From Squalus acanthias (lineage: Eukaryota), in NCBI GenBank assembly GCA_030390025.1, contig CM059425.1, positions 169,138,001 through 169,202,000 of the forward strand: a stretch of 64,000 nucleotides of DNA, in the 5' to 3' direction. Position numbers and translations under genes: made by a program. How positions within the stretch are numbered: the stretch's first letter is position 1; each line of letters starts with the position of its first letter. The notes beneath the pieces are model-generated. The model had not been told where the DNA came from. It saw nothing but the letters and a program-made list of their open reading frames with translations, and made no database searches. This document shows, in pieces, positions 39,040 to 51,357 of the stretch.

Positions 39040-41310
39040 GTGTGCAGCAGCACATTTCACTTTCCTTTGCTCTTTCCTCAAACAATCACACACAGTGTGG
39101 CAACCTGGTAGTGCATCTGCTACTACTGGCCCTTGTCCCTCTTGTCCTTTCTCTAGGTCCTTTCGATGACTTGGGCCTGCAGCCGCGTAGACGGAGAGGG
39201 GGATACCAATCTCCTGCCGATGCACCATCACTCGCTCTGACCTTCCCAAGTACAGGAAACTTTCGTTTATCCGGCACTCAAATATCCGGAATTCTCGCTT
39301 AACCGGCAAAAATCATCCTCCGAAAACTCCTCTCAAATAACCGGCAATGTTGCCGAGTCGCAGTCGAGTCTCCGCGAACGCCGAGTGCTCCGAAAAATCC
39401 TCTCAAATAACCGGCAATGTTGCCGATCCCGAGTCCGAGTCCGAGTCCGCGAACGCCGATTTAGTCAGTAGGGGTACTTTTCAAAAGTACCACTACTTGG
39501 CCTCCTGGCGCTGTCGCAAGTCCGAAACATTGCAGTAGCATGAGTAGATTCTCCCGTGCTGCTTGGAGTCTCTTTGTTAAAAATAGCCTCGGTAGATATA
39601 ACTCTCTGTTATCCGGTACTTTCGATAAACCGGCACCACGCCGGTCCCGTCGATGCCGGATAAACGAAAGTTTCCTGTACCAGCATAGAGATGTCTATAT
39701 AGTGAGCTAGAGGGGTCTGCACAGGGTGATTCATTTAGCACTCGTGAGCAAGTGCGGGTACAATGGAAACAAGAACATAAGAAGATAAAAAACAGGAGCA
39801 GGAGTAGGCCAATCAGCCCCTCGAGCCTGCTCCGCCATTCAATAAGATCATGGCTGATCCAATCTCAACACCACTTTCCTGCTCTCTCCCCATACCCCTT
39901 GACTCCCTTGTAGTTTAAATGTCTGTCAATCTCCGCCTTGAATATATTCAAAGACAGCCCAGGAAACGGTTTGCCAGAAGGAAAGCTCAGGTCCAAGATC
40001 TGCTGAAGAGGATGGAGATGCAGACTTTAGGGGCAAAGCCTTTAAATGAAAAATGCTTCATGTGCAGCAGTACTTGCTCAAAGGCTTAAACTGCCTGCCT
40101 GTGAGCTACCCCATCACATTGGAGACTGTGGAGCAGTCCACTACCAACCTATGTGTGGTTCTGATGCATGGCAACAACACTCTGCAGTCAAGCATGGAAT
40201 GTGTGATCACCTCAATGGACATTGCATCTGGATCCTCCTTTCAGGAGACTACGGCACCAGTAGTAGAACCTCTCAGAGATGCTCATACAGATGCCGTGCA
40301 GGATCTGGGCTCCACCATATCCTCTGCCTTGGACAGGCTGATGGACCAAATAGATAGCGGCTTCACTCGCGTTACGGATCTCCTACAGTCTGCTCTCATG
40401 CAAATCAGTGGGAATGCTGAGCTGCAGCCTCACAGCAGGGGCAGTGGTGCAATGGGAGTGGAATATGTTGTCCTTTCTCAGGATGACAGCATATCCGCAC
40501 ACTCACCACCACCTTAACCATTGCCCTAGTGCCAAGAAGCCAACTGCCCCGACAGTCGTTGAGATGCTGCAGTCTGCAGCCAGGCCCTCTCAGGCCTGAG
40601 CTCCTTCAGGTCACTGACCACTAGCATCTCAAGAGCCCCTCATCTGAGACACACCAGCCTTCTACCTTGAGCACCTCATAGGAGAACTAGAGTAGGAAAG
40701 AAGTCACTTAAGCGATGCAATAGTGGCTCAGACCTGGGTGATAATTAGGCATTTATGTAAAGTAGTAAAATGACAAACCATTTTGATATTTTTGTGTGCA
40801 GAATGTTTCTGTACCAGTTGTTGACCCTGCACTGTCAGGTGACTTGTATATCAATTTTGGTCTTTGGACGGTGAGACGTTGGACGGGACTGTTAATTTGG
40901 GTTGGGGGTGGGATTGTTCAGCTGAAGGTGCTGCCGAAGAGCTCTGGCTGCAAACTGATGTTGGAACCCTTTCCTCATGTAATCTTTGTTGCCTTCACCA
41001 TTTGGTTGAATGTCCTCATCCAATGGTGGCTCAATGTGTTGTCCCCATTGCAGTGCAAAGTTATGCAGCATCCCACAAACCACCATCACCCGGGACTCTC
41101 TCCCTGAGCTGTATTGGAGGGAACCACCGGACCTGTCCAAGCAGTGGAATTGTTGCCTAAGCATTCCAAGGGTATGCTCAATAATGGCTCAAGTCGACTT
41201 GCAGATCTGGTCGTAGTGCAGTTCAGCCTGCGAGTGTGGGCTCTGAGAGGTGTCATGAGCCAGGTGTGCTGGGGATAGCCCTGGTCGTCAAGCTGCCAGC
41301 CTCTTGCCTT
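39040..41310. mobile_element. Decayed Harbinger remnant: possible Myb/SANT 3' part on +, transposase C-terminus on -
   Basis: Minus strand 40890-41305: GWQLDDQGYPQHTWLMTP, QFHCLDRSGGSLQYS, VCGMLHN (HARBI1-family DDE motifs), frameshifted. Confidence 0.75.
39253..39677. mobile_element. Tc1/mariner (pogo/Tigger-like) MITE
   Basis: Perfect 24-bp TIRs caggaaactttcgtttatccggca; TA TSD on both sides. Confidence 0.92.
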
Positions 41311-41914
41311 GCTACTCCTGCTTCTCTTAGTCCAACATAGAAAGTAACAAAACTTACCTAAAATGGCCTCTTCTGATCCTGGATCTTCTTTTTTGACTTT
41401 ATCTGACGGGAAAGCCATCAGATAAAGTCCTCACTCAGACCAGCATTAACATAGCAATAAGGAAGTAGAGCAATGCTTGGTTTGTGGTGTTGAGATAATC
41501 CTAATTCCACCGTAGCTACATCAGTTACACAATGCAAAAACAGTCCACTCGAGAAAATATTTTTCATATTTCATACACTTGCTTCCAAAGTCCTTTTTTT
41601 TAATCATAGAATAATTTATTGGTCATAGAATCTACATGATGTGATGTGATTGCACTGCAATTACATCCTCTGGTACAGTACAATATGTTATGTGATGTAG
41701 TCATCAGTCTATTATAGGACAGAGATAGATGAGGTCATGTGATCAAAATAAAGTCACTAATATATGCAGCGATTTACATCATCAGAAGAATTGTGCCACC
41801 TGACTGCATGACATCATAATCATAACCATCACAGTTTCTAATTTTAAATATCACTGAATACTGTGGTCAATATAAAGCAAAAAAAACATTAATTTCTAAA
41901 ATATTGCATGAAAG

Positions 41915-43970
41915 CATAGAAACATAGAAATATAGAAGACAGGAGCAGGAGTAGGCCATTCGGCCCCTCGAGCCTGCTCCGCCATTCGATGAGATCATGG
42001 CTGATCATCTAAACTCAGTACCCTGTACCTGCCTTCTCCCCATAGCCGTTGATACCTTTAGCTTTAAGAAATATATCTAACTCATTCTTGAATATATTTA
42101 ATGACTTGGCCTCAACTACCTTCTGTGGTAGAGAATTCCACAGGTTCACCACTCTCTGGGTGAAGAAATTCTTCCTCATTTCTGTCCTAAATGCCTTACC
42201 CCTTATCCTTAGATTATGACCCCTGGTTCTGGACTCTCCGACCATCGGGAACATTCTTCCTGCATCTAGTTTGTCCAGACCTGTCAGAATTTTATATGTT
42301 TCGATGAGATCCCCTCTCATTCTTCTATACTCCAGCGAGTATAAGCCCAATCGACCCAATCTCTCCTCATATGTCATTCCTGCCATCCCAGGTATCAGCC
42401 TTGTGAATCTTCGCTGAACTCCTTCCATGGCAAGAACATCCTTCCTCAGATAAGGCGACCAAAACTGCACACAGTACTCAAGGTGTGGTCTCACCAAGGC
42501 CCTGTACAACTGCAGCAGGACATCCCTGTTCCTATACTCAAACCCTTTTGCTATGAAGGCCAACATACCATTTGCCTTCTTCACCGCCTGCTGCACCTGC
42601 ATGCTTGCCTTCAGCGACTGGTGCACAAGGACACCCAGGTCTCGTTGCACTTCCCCTTCTCCCAATCTATTGCCATTCAGATAATAGTCTGCCTTTCTGT
42701 TTTTGACACCAAAGTGGATAACCTCGCATTTATCCACGTTATATTGCATCTGCCACGCTTCTGCCCACTCACCCAACCTGTCCAAATCATCCTGGAGTTT
42801 CTCGGTATCCTCCTCGCAGCACACACGCCCACCCAGCTTTGTGTCATCTGCAAACTTGGAGATATTACATTTAGTTCCCTTATCTAGATCATTAATGTAT
42901 ATTGTGAATAGCTGGGGTCCAAGGACCGATCCCTGCGGTACCCCACTAGTCATTGCCTGCCACTCGGAAAAAGACCCATTAATTCCTACTCTCTGCTTTC
43001 TGTCCGCCAACCAGTTCTCTATCCAAGTCAATACCTTGCCCCCAATCCCATGTGCCTTAACTTTACCCGCTAATCTTTTATGCGGGACCTTATCGAAAGC
43101 CTTTTGAAAGTCCAAATACACCACATCTACTGGTTCTCCCTTATCTATTTTCCTAGTTACATCCTCAAAAAATTCCAGTAGATTAGTCAAGCACGATTTA
43201 GCTTTTGTAAATCCATGTTGACTTTGTCCGATCCTGTCACTGTTTTTCAAGTGCTCAGCTATTATCCTTTATAATGGACTCTAGCATTTTCCCCACTACC
43301 GATGACAGGCTTACCGATCTGTAATTCCCCGCTTTCTCTCTACCACCCTTTTTGAATAGTGGGGTAACATTAGCTACCCTCCAATCCATGGGTACAGTTC
43401 CAGATTCCATCGAATGTTAGAAGATGATCAGCAATGCATCTACTATTTCTAGGGCCACTTCCTTAAGTACCCTAGGATGTAGATTATCAGGCCCTGGGGA
43501 TTTATCGGCCTTCAATCCCGTCAATTTCCCTAACACCATTTCCCTGCAAATACTGATTTCTTTCAGTTCCTCCCTTTCATCAGACCCTATGTTCTCCAAC
43601 ATCTCTGGGAGGTTATTTGTGTCCTCCTTTGTGAAGACAGAACCAAAATATGTATTTAATTGGTCTGCCATTTCTTTGTTCCTCATTATAACTTCCCCCG
43701 CTTCTGACTGCAAGGGACCTACACTTGATTTCACTAATCTTTTTCTTTTCACATATCTATAAAAGTTCTTATAGTCAGTTTTTATGTTCCCTGAAAGCTT
43801 ACTTTCATATTCTATTTTCCCTTTCTTAATTAATCCCTTTGTTCTCCTTTGTTGAATCCTAAACTGCTCCCAATCCTCAGGGTTACCGCTTTTTCTGGCC
43901 AATTTATATGCCCTCTCCTTGGATCTTATGCTATCCCTAATTTCCCTTGTTAGCTATGGTTGAGTCACCC
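41915..43970 (-). mobile_element. Young 5'-truncated CR1 LINE
   Basis: 411-aa uninterrupted RT C-terminal ORF (42015-43250) with [10 protein letters not shown] and KFADDTKL; (catagaaa)n tail. Confidence 0.95.
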
Positions 43971-44395
43971 TTTTTGTTTTATTGATTTATTAAAGCAGTG
44001 ATTTTTCCTTGACAAGTGTGTCTTCTAAACTAACTGGCTCCAGAGCATTGATTAAAAATGTTTTGGCTGCAGCACCAATGCCCTTTCTTGCCTCATGTGA
44101 TCTTTGCAAAAAGGATTAAGGCTGAAAAAAAACTTAAAGAAAAAAAGTGACATCACAAGAGCTTGCATCCTAGCAACAGAGATGTTTTCTATATAAATAG
44201 TTGTTTTGAATTTAAAACCATATTCTAGAACTGAATGCTAACTGCCGAGTGACGTTGGTTGGATCCTGAAAATATAGCCAACTTGGACAACTGACTTTCC
44301 CCTTCATTCCCATTGCATGTGTTATCTGTTGCTCCTAGGAATTGAGAGTCTTTGGTCTTGACAGATAACTAAGCTGTACCTGTAAGGCTGAAAAA

Positions 44396-44527
44396 ATGGC
44401 AGACCATGGACTTAGATCAAGATTATTTGATATTCTTAAACCAAGCTCATGGAACTTGCAAAATCTAACCTTCCCGTGGCGCATCTCAACTGATCGATTA
44501 TCGCAGGTTCAGCTCAAGGAGTATCAG
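44396..44527 (+). CDS. CIB-family gene, probable coding exon 1 (44 aa)
   Basis: aaaATGG start; ends LSQVQLKEYQ|GTaact in phase 0, like CIB1 LSKELLAEYQ. Confidence 0.75.
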
Positions 44528-46329
44528 GTAACTATTATTATAACAAGTAAAACTTCTTCACCCTACACAATCTCCATATACTGCGGTAGGTCCTCGAAGG
44601 ATCTGTGCTGCCATTAGACATGCTGTGGAAGGTAGTGCCTGGTGGGCTGGTGTCTTCTGCCATGCTATTTTATAGTCCACGTGCTGCTGTTTCTCCTCCT
44701 CCCTAAAGATGGCATAGAAAGGTATGCCCATGGGGAATGTCATACCTTCTCCAGAGTGGTTCTGAGAATGTGTGTGTGTGGGGGGGTTTGAAAAATGTAG
44801 TGGTGGGGTGATACTGTAGCACGGTAGGATGTGGAGGTGGGGGTGGGGGTGGGTCAAGTGCAAGTCTCGGTGAAAAAAACTGTAAAAACAAAAGGGTTGA
44901 GAAAATGTTTATGAAGCTTGAAATCAGCAAGCAAAGTTTGGGGACTCTTCAATGCTCCAAAACTCCTTATTTCCACCTGAAACAGGTGACTTGGGGAGGA
45001 ACTGCATCTGTTTTATATAAGTGTAATTAACCCAGAGTTCAGTAGCAGCATAAAAGCAGGAAATTCATGGGCACAGCACCACCAGGTGAGTAGCGCTCCT
45101 GTGCAAATCAACATCATGGGGCTTAGGCGGGTGGATCATCAAAGCTGCCAAAAAGATCAAGGAAACTCACGCCTAGTGCATTAATGGCGCATAAGCAGCA
45201 TAATACTCTTAACATGAGTTTCTTTGATTTTATTAGTGCAATAACGATGTAAAAACAGTGTAAGTGCTGAAGATAGCAAAGGAATTCAGAGCCTTTGCTT
45301 TGGATATGCAAACAACTCTCTCCCTTGCAGCACTCAACCTGAAAGTGAGACTTTCAGGCGAACTGTTAATATGATCAAATCTGTAACATCAATATGTACA
45401 ATTATTTACCATGCATGTCAAAGATAAAAATTTTAAAGATAACATTTAAGTCTATGGCATTAAAGAAAAAGACGAAACCATGAAAGTGGGGGAATCAGTG
45501 TTCTCCTGAGTGAAACAGAATGAAAAGGGATTATGCTACAGATTGTTGGTAAATGTTGTCAGGAGCAGTGTAGTTTTACAAGATCAGGCCATTTACTGCT
45601 GTCATTGTGCAAAAGCTTGTGCTGTTCCATATTTCAGAATTAGATCAGCTCGCGTGTAGTGTCTTGATAATACTAATAATTCTGGGTTGGCCTGGAGAGA
45701 AATAAAGTGCACGAGTAATCTAGGATTATGCGAGTACTAAAGAGTACTAGGTCTCTGCAGGGGAAATCACAGGGCTGCAGCTTCATGAGATGTGAGGTCT
45801 ATGTCTGGGAAGTACAACAAGATTATTGTAAGAGGGATCAGCTCATCCAGATACGTTGGGATTACATCACACACTGGTGGCAGCAGGTTGTGAAAAAGAG
45901 CTGTGCCATCACATAGACATTAATAATTAAACTGCCACCAGCTTTGTCTGGCCAGCCCGGCACAGGTCGGTTGTCCCGCGACTGTGTGTTAAAATTGCGT
46001 TGGGGTATTAATTACATCGTAGGATCCTGACTTTTGCATATTTATCAGGGCCTCACCTGCCTGTGACAGTGGCCTCACACGCTACCTGAAACACGCTAGT
46101 TAAACTGGCGGGAGGCGTGAGTGCGCCGCCAACCCGAAGAGAAGGACACTGTTGCTATTTTAACCCCCCACCCCCCGCACGCTCCAATCTCGTCGGGAAG
46201 TTAAAATTGGCCTTTAAATCATGAAGAAATCCAAATTTCCATCCCTAGAAAAATATATTGTTATAATCATTCAGTTTAAAGAATTTTTTATATATGTATT
46301 GATACATTCTACTTTATTTCTTTTTGCAG

Positions 46330-46364
46330 GAGCTCACATTTCTCACGAAGCATGAAATTATTCG
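46330..46364 (+). CDS. CIB-family (CIB1/CIB4-like calcium- and integrin-binding protein) exon 2
   Basis: tttttgcAG|35 nt|GTaagt; ELTFLTKHEII(R) versus CIB1 DLTFLTKQEILL; later exons not found in the window. Confidence 0.85.
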
Positions 46365-46638
46365 GTAAGTTTCCTATAACTTATAAATATATATGCAAAA
46401 AGCTGCAGTGCCCTGTATGGAATAGGAGAAAAGAGCAAAAGAGAATCTGCTTGTGGAATGATGGAGCAGTGATTTGACACTTTGGTGCTATCAATACACT
46501 TTGCCATGGAGCAGTAAGATGCAAGTTCTTGCCTGTTAGTGGCCTGATGGAAAATGCCGTATCGCAGCCCTACTGTCAGAAGGAGGTGCCAAGCTGAGCC
46601 TAGCTACTTCCCAGAGGAGGGAAAACTAGAGGATGAGT

Positions 46639-47067
46639 CACGGTGGCATATTGGTTAGCACTGGTGCCTCACAGCGCCAGGGACCCGGGTTCGAATCTGA
46701 CCTCGGGTGACTGTCTGTGTGGAGTTTGCACATTCTCCCCGTGTCTGCGTGGGTTTTCTCCGGGTGCTCCGGTTTCCTCCCACAGTCCAAAAATGTGCGG
46801 GTTAGGTTGATTTGGCTATGATAAATTGACCCTTAGTGTTAGGGGGGGATTAAATATGTGGGGTTGTGGGGATAGGATGGGATATGTTAGGGGGAATTAA
46901 ATACGTGGGGTTACAGGGGTAGGGTGGGATATGTGTACTGTGGGGATTAAAGTAGGGACAGGGTACTGGATTTGGATGATCAGCCATGATTGTATTGAAT
47001 GGTGGAGCAGGCTCGACGGGCCGAATGGCCTACTCCTGCTCCTAGATTCTATGTTTCTATGTTTCTA
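46639..47067 (+). mobile_element. HE1-like V-SINE with CR1-type tail
   Basis: tRNA-like head (ggtggcatattggttagc, gggttcgaatc); V-domain tgtggagtttgcacattctccccgtgtctgcgtgggttt..ccggtttcctcccaca; (ttctatgt)n tail. Confidence 0.88.
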
Positions 47068-48557
47068 TCCTATGTTGTCTGTGGCTGAGGACAACATTGG
47101 CAAAAGCATTAGAGCATGTTCTCTTTACCTGCCTTCTTAAGAACATTAGAAATAGGAGCAGGAGGAGGCCATGTGGCCAATCAAGCCTGCTCCACCATTC
47201 AATAAGATCAAGGCTGAACTTTTACATTAACTCCACTTTTGTTGCCCAAACAATGGAGCACAAAGGCTTAATGGAGGTGGAAAAGGGGTGGGGCAAAGAG
47301 ACAAAGAGAGACAGATAAATAGTGTGGAACAGGAAAAACAGTACAAAACTTCAAATATGAATTTAATCTTTACTAACAGTGCAGAAATATACTTAGTTAA
47401 AAAAACTGACCCTAAATTCTCCTAATTTCACATTTGCAGTCAAATAGTAATAGTCCATTTTGCATCATCCTAAGGAGGTTGTGGTGTAAAACCTGACATT
47501 CAGGCCCAAAATATGACCTACTTGTCATCACTGTGGCTTGTGAGAAGACATGTTTCCCCTAATGCTCTACACATTCAGTCCTTGGTCACAAAAATCGTCT
47601 CAACAGTTCTGACTAATCAGGAATGGAGTATGCATGCATTCAAAGGAGATCTCTGATTTTTGAGACCTGCTTCAAGATAACCTTATATATTAAAAAGAAT
47701 GTATGGAATTAATCTGATTCCTTGTGCATTCTGTTGTTTAGAAAGCCTCAATCTCTGTCTCAACACCTATATGTTTAAAATGATTCCCAGTTCTTGTTTT
47801 TGACGAGAGCTGGTGATAATGCAATTTATGGAAGGAAAGAATATCTGAATTATACAAAATGCTAGAATATATACTGACTATACAGATTTCTTGGTAATCA
47901 ACTGTCTCTTGTCACTTTATAAACTTGCAATGATTACATCACAATAGCCATCTGTTTAGAGGTCATCATGTACCAATTATATGGAATATTCTGCAATCAT
48001 TGTTCATCTTGACACCTCTTGCTAGCAAAATAAAATTCAAACAGGACAAACTTACTCCCACGAACTCCATATTATTATATATTGGGCCGGAATTTGCGCT
48101 CGGAGGCGTACCTCCGGAGTACACCTCCGATCCGAAAATAAACCCAAAACTACCTGCTGGCTCCCAGGGTCCTATACAAGTTTAACATAACTTCACTACT
48201 TTTGAATTCTATACTGCTAGAAATAAATCCCAGTTCTTTGTTGGCATTTTTAATTGCTTTGCTGTAGATATAGAGATAAATATATAATAGTATATATATG
48301 TAGGCCCTCTCCCTTATAGCCTCTCATCACTACTTCATGACAGCTCTGCCGCAACTCCTCTTTGTTTCACAGACTTTATGTGAACTTTATTAAATTAGTC
48401 TGAGCAGATGGTGCCCTTATGCTGAATTAACATTCTGGTGTCCTCGCAATTGGCCTGAGTAAATACCAACTACCTTATCACCCAGCACATTCTGCTATCT
48501 CTGATTACTATTCAGCTTTAGGAGTCTGCTGTTGATTCTTGGGTTTACAGACTCCTC

Positions 48558-49302
48558 GGGGGAGAAATTCTCCTCCTTTGCACCTCCCGCTGGGGGTGCT
48601 AACGGGGCGCAAAGGCCTTTTCGTCCGGTCGCGGCGTTGACCGCGCCTCCCGCCAAATTTCGCAACAGGTTAGCCGCGGTGCTACCGGGTTGCGCCCCGA
48701 TCTCATGCGCCCGGAGATCATGACGTCATCTCCGGGCGCATCACTCCGGTAGCACCCCAGCAGAGAAAATTCTCCTTCGCCCCCTGCAGCAGCGCCGGGC
48801 GATGGCAGCGACTGCTGCAGGGGATGCGAGCAGGGCGGCCGGCCGCTAGCGGGGCGGAAGTTAAAGGTGAGGTGGCCAGCTGCCCTGAAAAAAATGTCGG
48901 CTCTTTTGAAAAAAGTTTTTTTTCTCCGGACATGGACTCTGTGCCATGATTGGTCAGCCCGGCACTCTGCTTGAGTGCCGGGCTGATCGTGCGGCACCCC
49001 CACTCCCCATTGCTGCAGGTAAGTTAAAAAAAACTGCAGAGTTCGCAGCGTGGGGCCCTTCCCTTTAATTCAGGGAAGAGCCCCTGCAATGCGTCAGTGC
49101 CACACGACCCAGTGCGTGGCGCTGCTGAGCCGTGGGCCCCGGGTCGTGAACATCCCCCCTCTTGCGCTCCAAGAGGAAGTGAAACGCTTGGAGCAAAAAG
49201 TGGGAATTTTAGAAAGGCTGGAAGAGGTTGGCGCCTGGCGCTAACCTTTCTAGCTTTTCTGACTTAGCGCCCCAAATGGGGCTTGAGGGGAATTTCTAGC
49301 CC
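48558..49302. mobile_element. GC-rich Harbinger-type MITE
   Basis: Termini gggggagaaatt / aatttctagccc; homologous to 29478-30249. Confidence 0.75.
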
Positions 49303-49454
49303 TCTAATCCTCCCAACCTTAACAGTTACCACAAGGGCCTTTGTGCACTATCTTGTCTGTTCCCACAGATTTCATTTACTTATCCATTTCTTATGCAGCG
49401 TCAGGGCAGTGTGCTGCCGGCTCTCCTGTATCTAAGTCACAGCTCTCTCCGAAA

Positions 49455-49600
49455 TTAACAGAAATTGCTGGAAACACTCAGCAGGTCAGGCAGCATCTGC
49501 GGAATTCTCTCGCCACAGATGCTGCCTGACTTGCTGAGTGTTTCCAGCATTTTCTGTTTTTATTTCAGATTTCCAGCATCTGCAGTATTTTGATTTTTAT
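49455..49600. mobile_element. Palindromic mini-Penelope terminus
   Basis: Two inverted copies of the Penelope terminal repeat. Confidence 0.75.
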
Positions 49601-50013
49601 CTTACTGTGATGAGTTCATTTGTCTTTACATGGATCGCAGGCTGTGGCAGTCAGAGCATTGTCGCCCTGACCATGGGCAATATTAACATATAGAAATGGA
49701 GAGAGTACATATATTTTTTTAAAATTTATTAATAAAATCTCCTGATAAGTTATGCACAGCAAAAGAGAAAGAAAAAACTAAAAGATGCACGGTATAGTAC
49801 CAGCAGGTAGTCAAGTTTACAGAATATAGTTGCTCAGATATATGACCCAATCCAAGCATGCGGTTCCAAGTTCCCATTCAGATTCATTGCATTGCAATGA
49901 ATTCCCAATAATGTAAAGTTTAAATCCTGATCCTTTTAAACCAGAAGTGTTGCCCAACTGGAATTGGAGTGAATGATGTCGGGGGATCACAATCAGATCT
50001 CAGTGTTAATAAA

Positions 50014-50215
50014 AAGCAAAATACTGCGGATGCTGGAAATCTGAAATAAAAACAGAAAGTGTTAGAAATACTCAGCAGGCCAGGCAGCAACTGTGGAGGG
50101 AGAAACAGAGTTAACGCGTTTTGGACAAAAGGTAATCGACCTGAAACGTTAACTCTGTTTCTCTCTCCACAGATGCTGCCTGACCTGCTGAGTGTCTCCA
50201 GCACTTTCTGTTTTT
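50014..50215. mobile_element. Palindromic mini-Penelope terminus with TSD
   Basis: Inverted Penelope terminal repeats flanked by 17-bp direct repeat atctcagtgttaataaa (49997-50013, 50216-50232). Confidence 0.85.
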
Positions 50216-51357
50216 ATCTCAGTGTTAATAAATGAGCTCTCTGAGCAGTGCAATGGAGCTGCATACTGAGAAATTAAATTCCCCGGGCAGACTAGAATAA
50301 CTGAGAGCTGTAGGTATTACGAGCAGTAAACTATGTTAGCATTTGAGCAATTGATGGAGAGTAATCATTTACTGTCCCACAAACCGTACTGTGGGTCATT
50401 AAGTCGTTTTTGTTGACCAGTGCGTGAATGTTATTGATCTGATAAATTACTGTATGTGCGCCGTGAGGGACATCCATCTAATTATTGTATGTGTGCTGCT
50501 CCTGATTTGACGCGCATTCTATTCATCTTTACAGCAAATTTTGGAGTGAGTTATCAGCGGCGAAATCGGTGCTAAACGGTGGAATTTACATCGTACCTCG
50601 CCGATCTCGCTGGTGCAGAAAAATCTGGGCCATCATCGTCTTAAGAAATAGGAACGGGAGTAGGTCATACGGCCTCTGGAGCCTGCTCCACCATTCAATA
50701 AAATCATGGCCGATCTTCTACCTCAATTCCACTTTCCCAGCCTATACCTATATCCCGCAGGCGAAATGTTAAAATTTAACACAACTATAATATGCTCAGT
50801 AACCTGATTATATAAAAAACAAAGCATACTAGGTACTAAACTAGCAGATTTGCTCAGAGAGTTGATCAGGCTGCCTGCAGTATTCCTACTGGTACCCTCA
50901 TTAACCCTTTCCATTCTGATCTATTACATTCACCCAAAGCTATTATCCAAAACTTAACTTTTTGTTGGTGATTGCTGGTTAGGCAGCGGCAAGCACTATA
51001 ATAATTGAGCGTGCCTGGCGCATGTTCTGCTCAGAGCTGACAAATTTTGCTAAGAGGTCCTTAAACAGGGATTAGGCCCCTCATTAACATATGCAGGAAG
51101 CCTAACGCCTAGTTCAGGCGACCATCAGGGGCACCCGGAAGCCTGCTTTTACCAATATGGTGGCAGACATAATGCATGCACAGATCAGGCACGGGATGTT
51201 GCAGCCCAAAATTTGTCCTTTTTGCTCTGCTTTCTGCCTGGAAACCGAACACAATGAGGAACAATTTCTCCGCCAACCCCTCCCCCCACCACCTCTTAGG
51301 TAAACAAATGTTGCAGTTAATGAAAATTTAATACAGGATTAAGTTATTTGCTGCTAA

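Noticed and set aside
40890..41305. Host HARBI1 gene
   Set aside because: Frameshifted fragment in a decayed Harbinger context
42015..43250. Domesticated reverse transcriptase gene
   Set aside because: 5'-truncated CR1 with stops and frameshift upstream and a typical tail; simply a young copy
46639..46710. tRNA gene
   Set aside because: tRNA-like head continues into a V-SINE body; the same applies to the heads at 19893 and 56640
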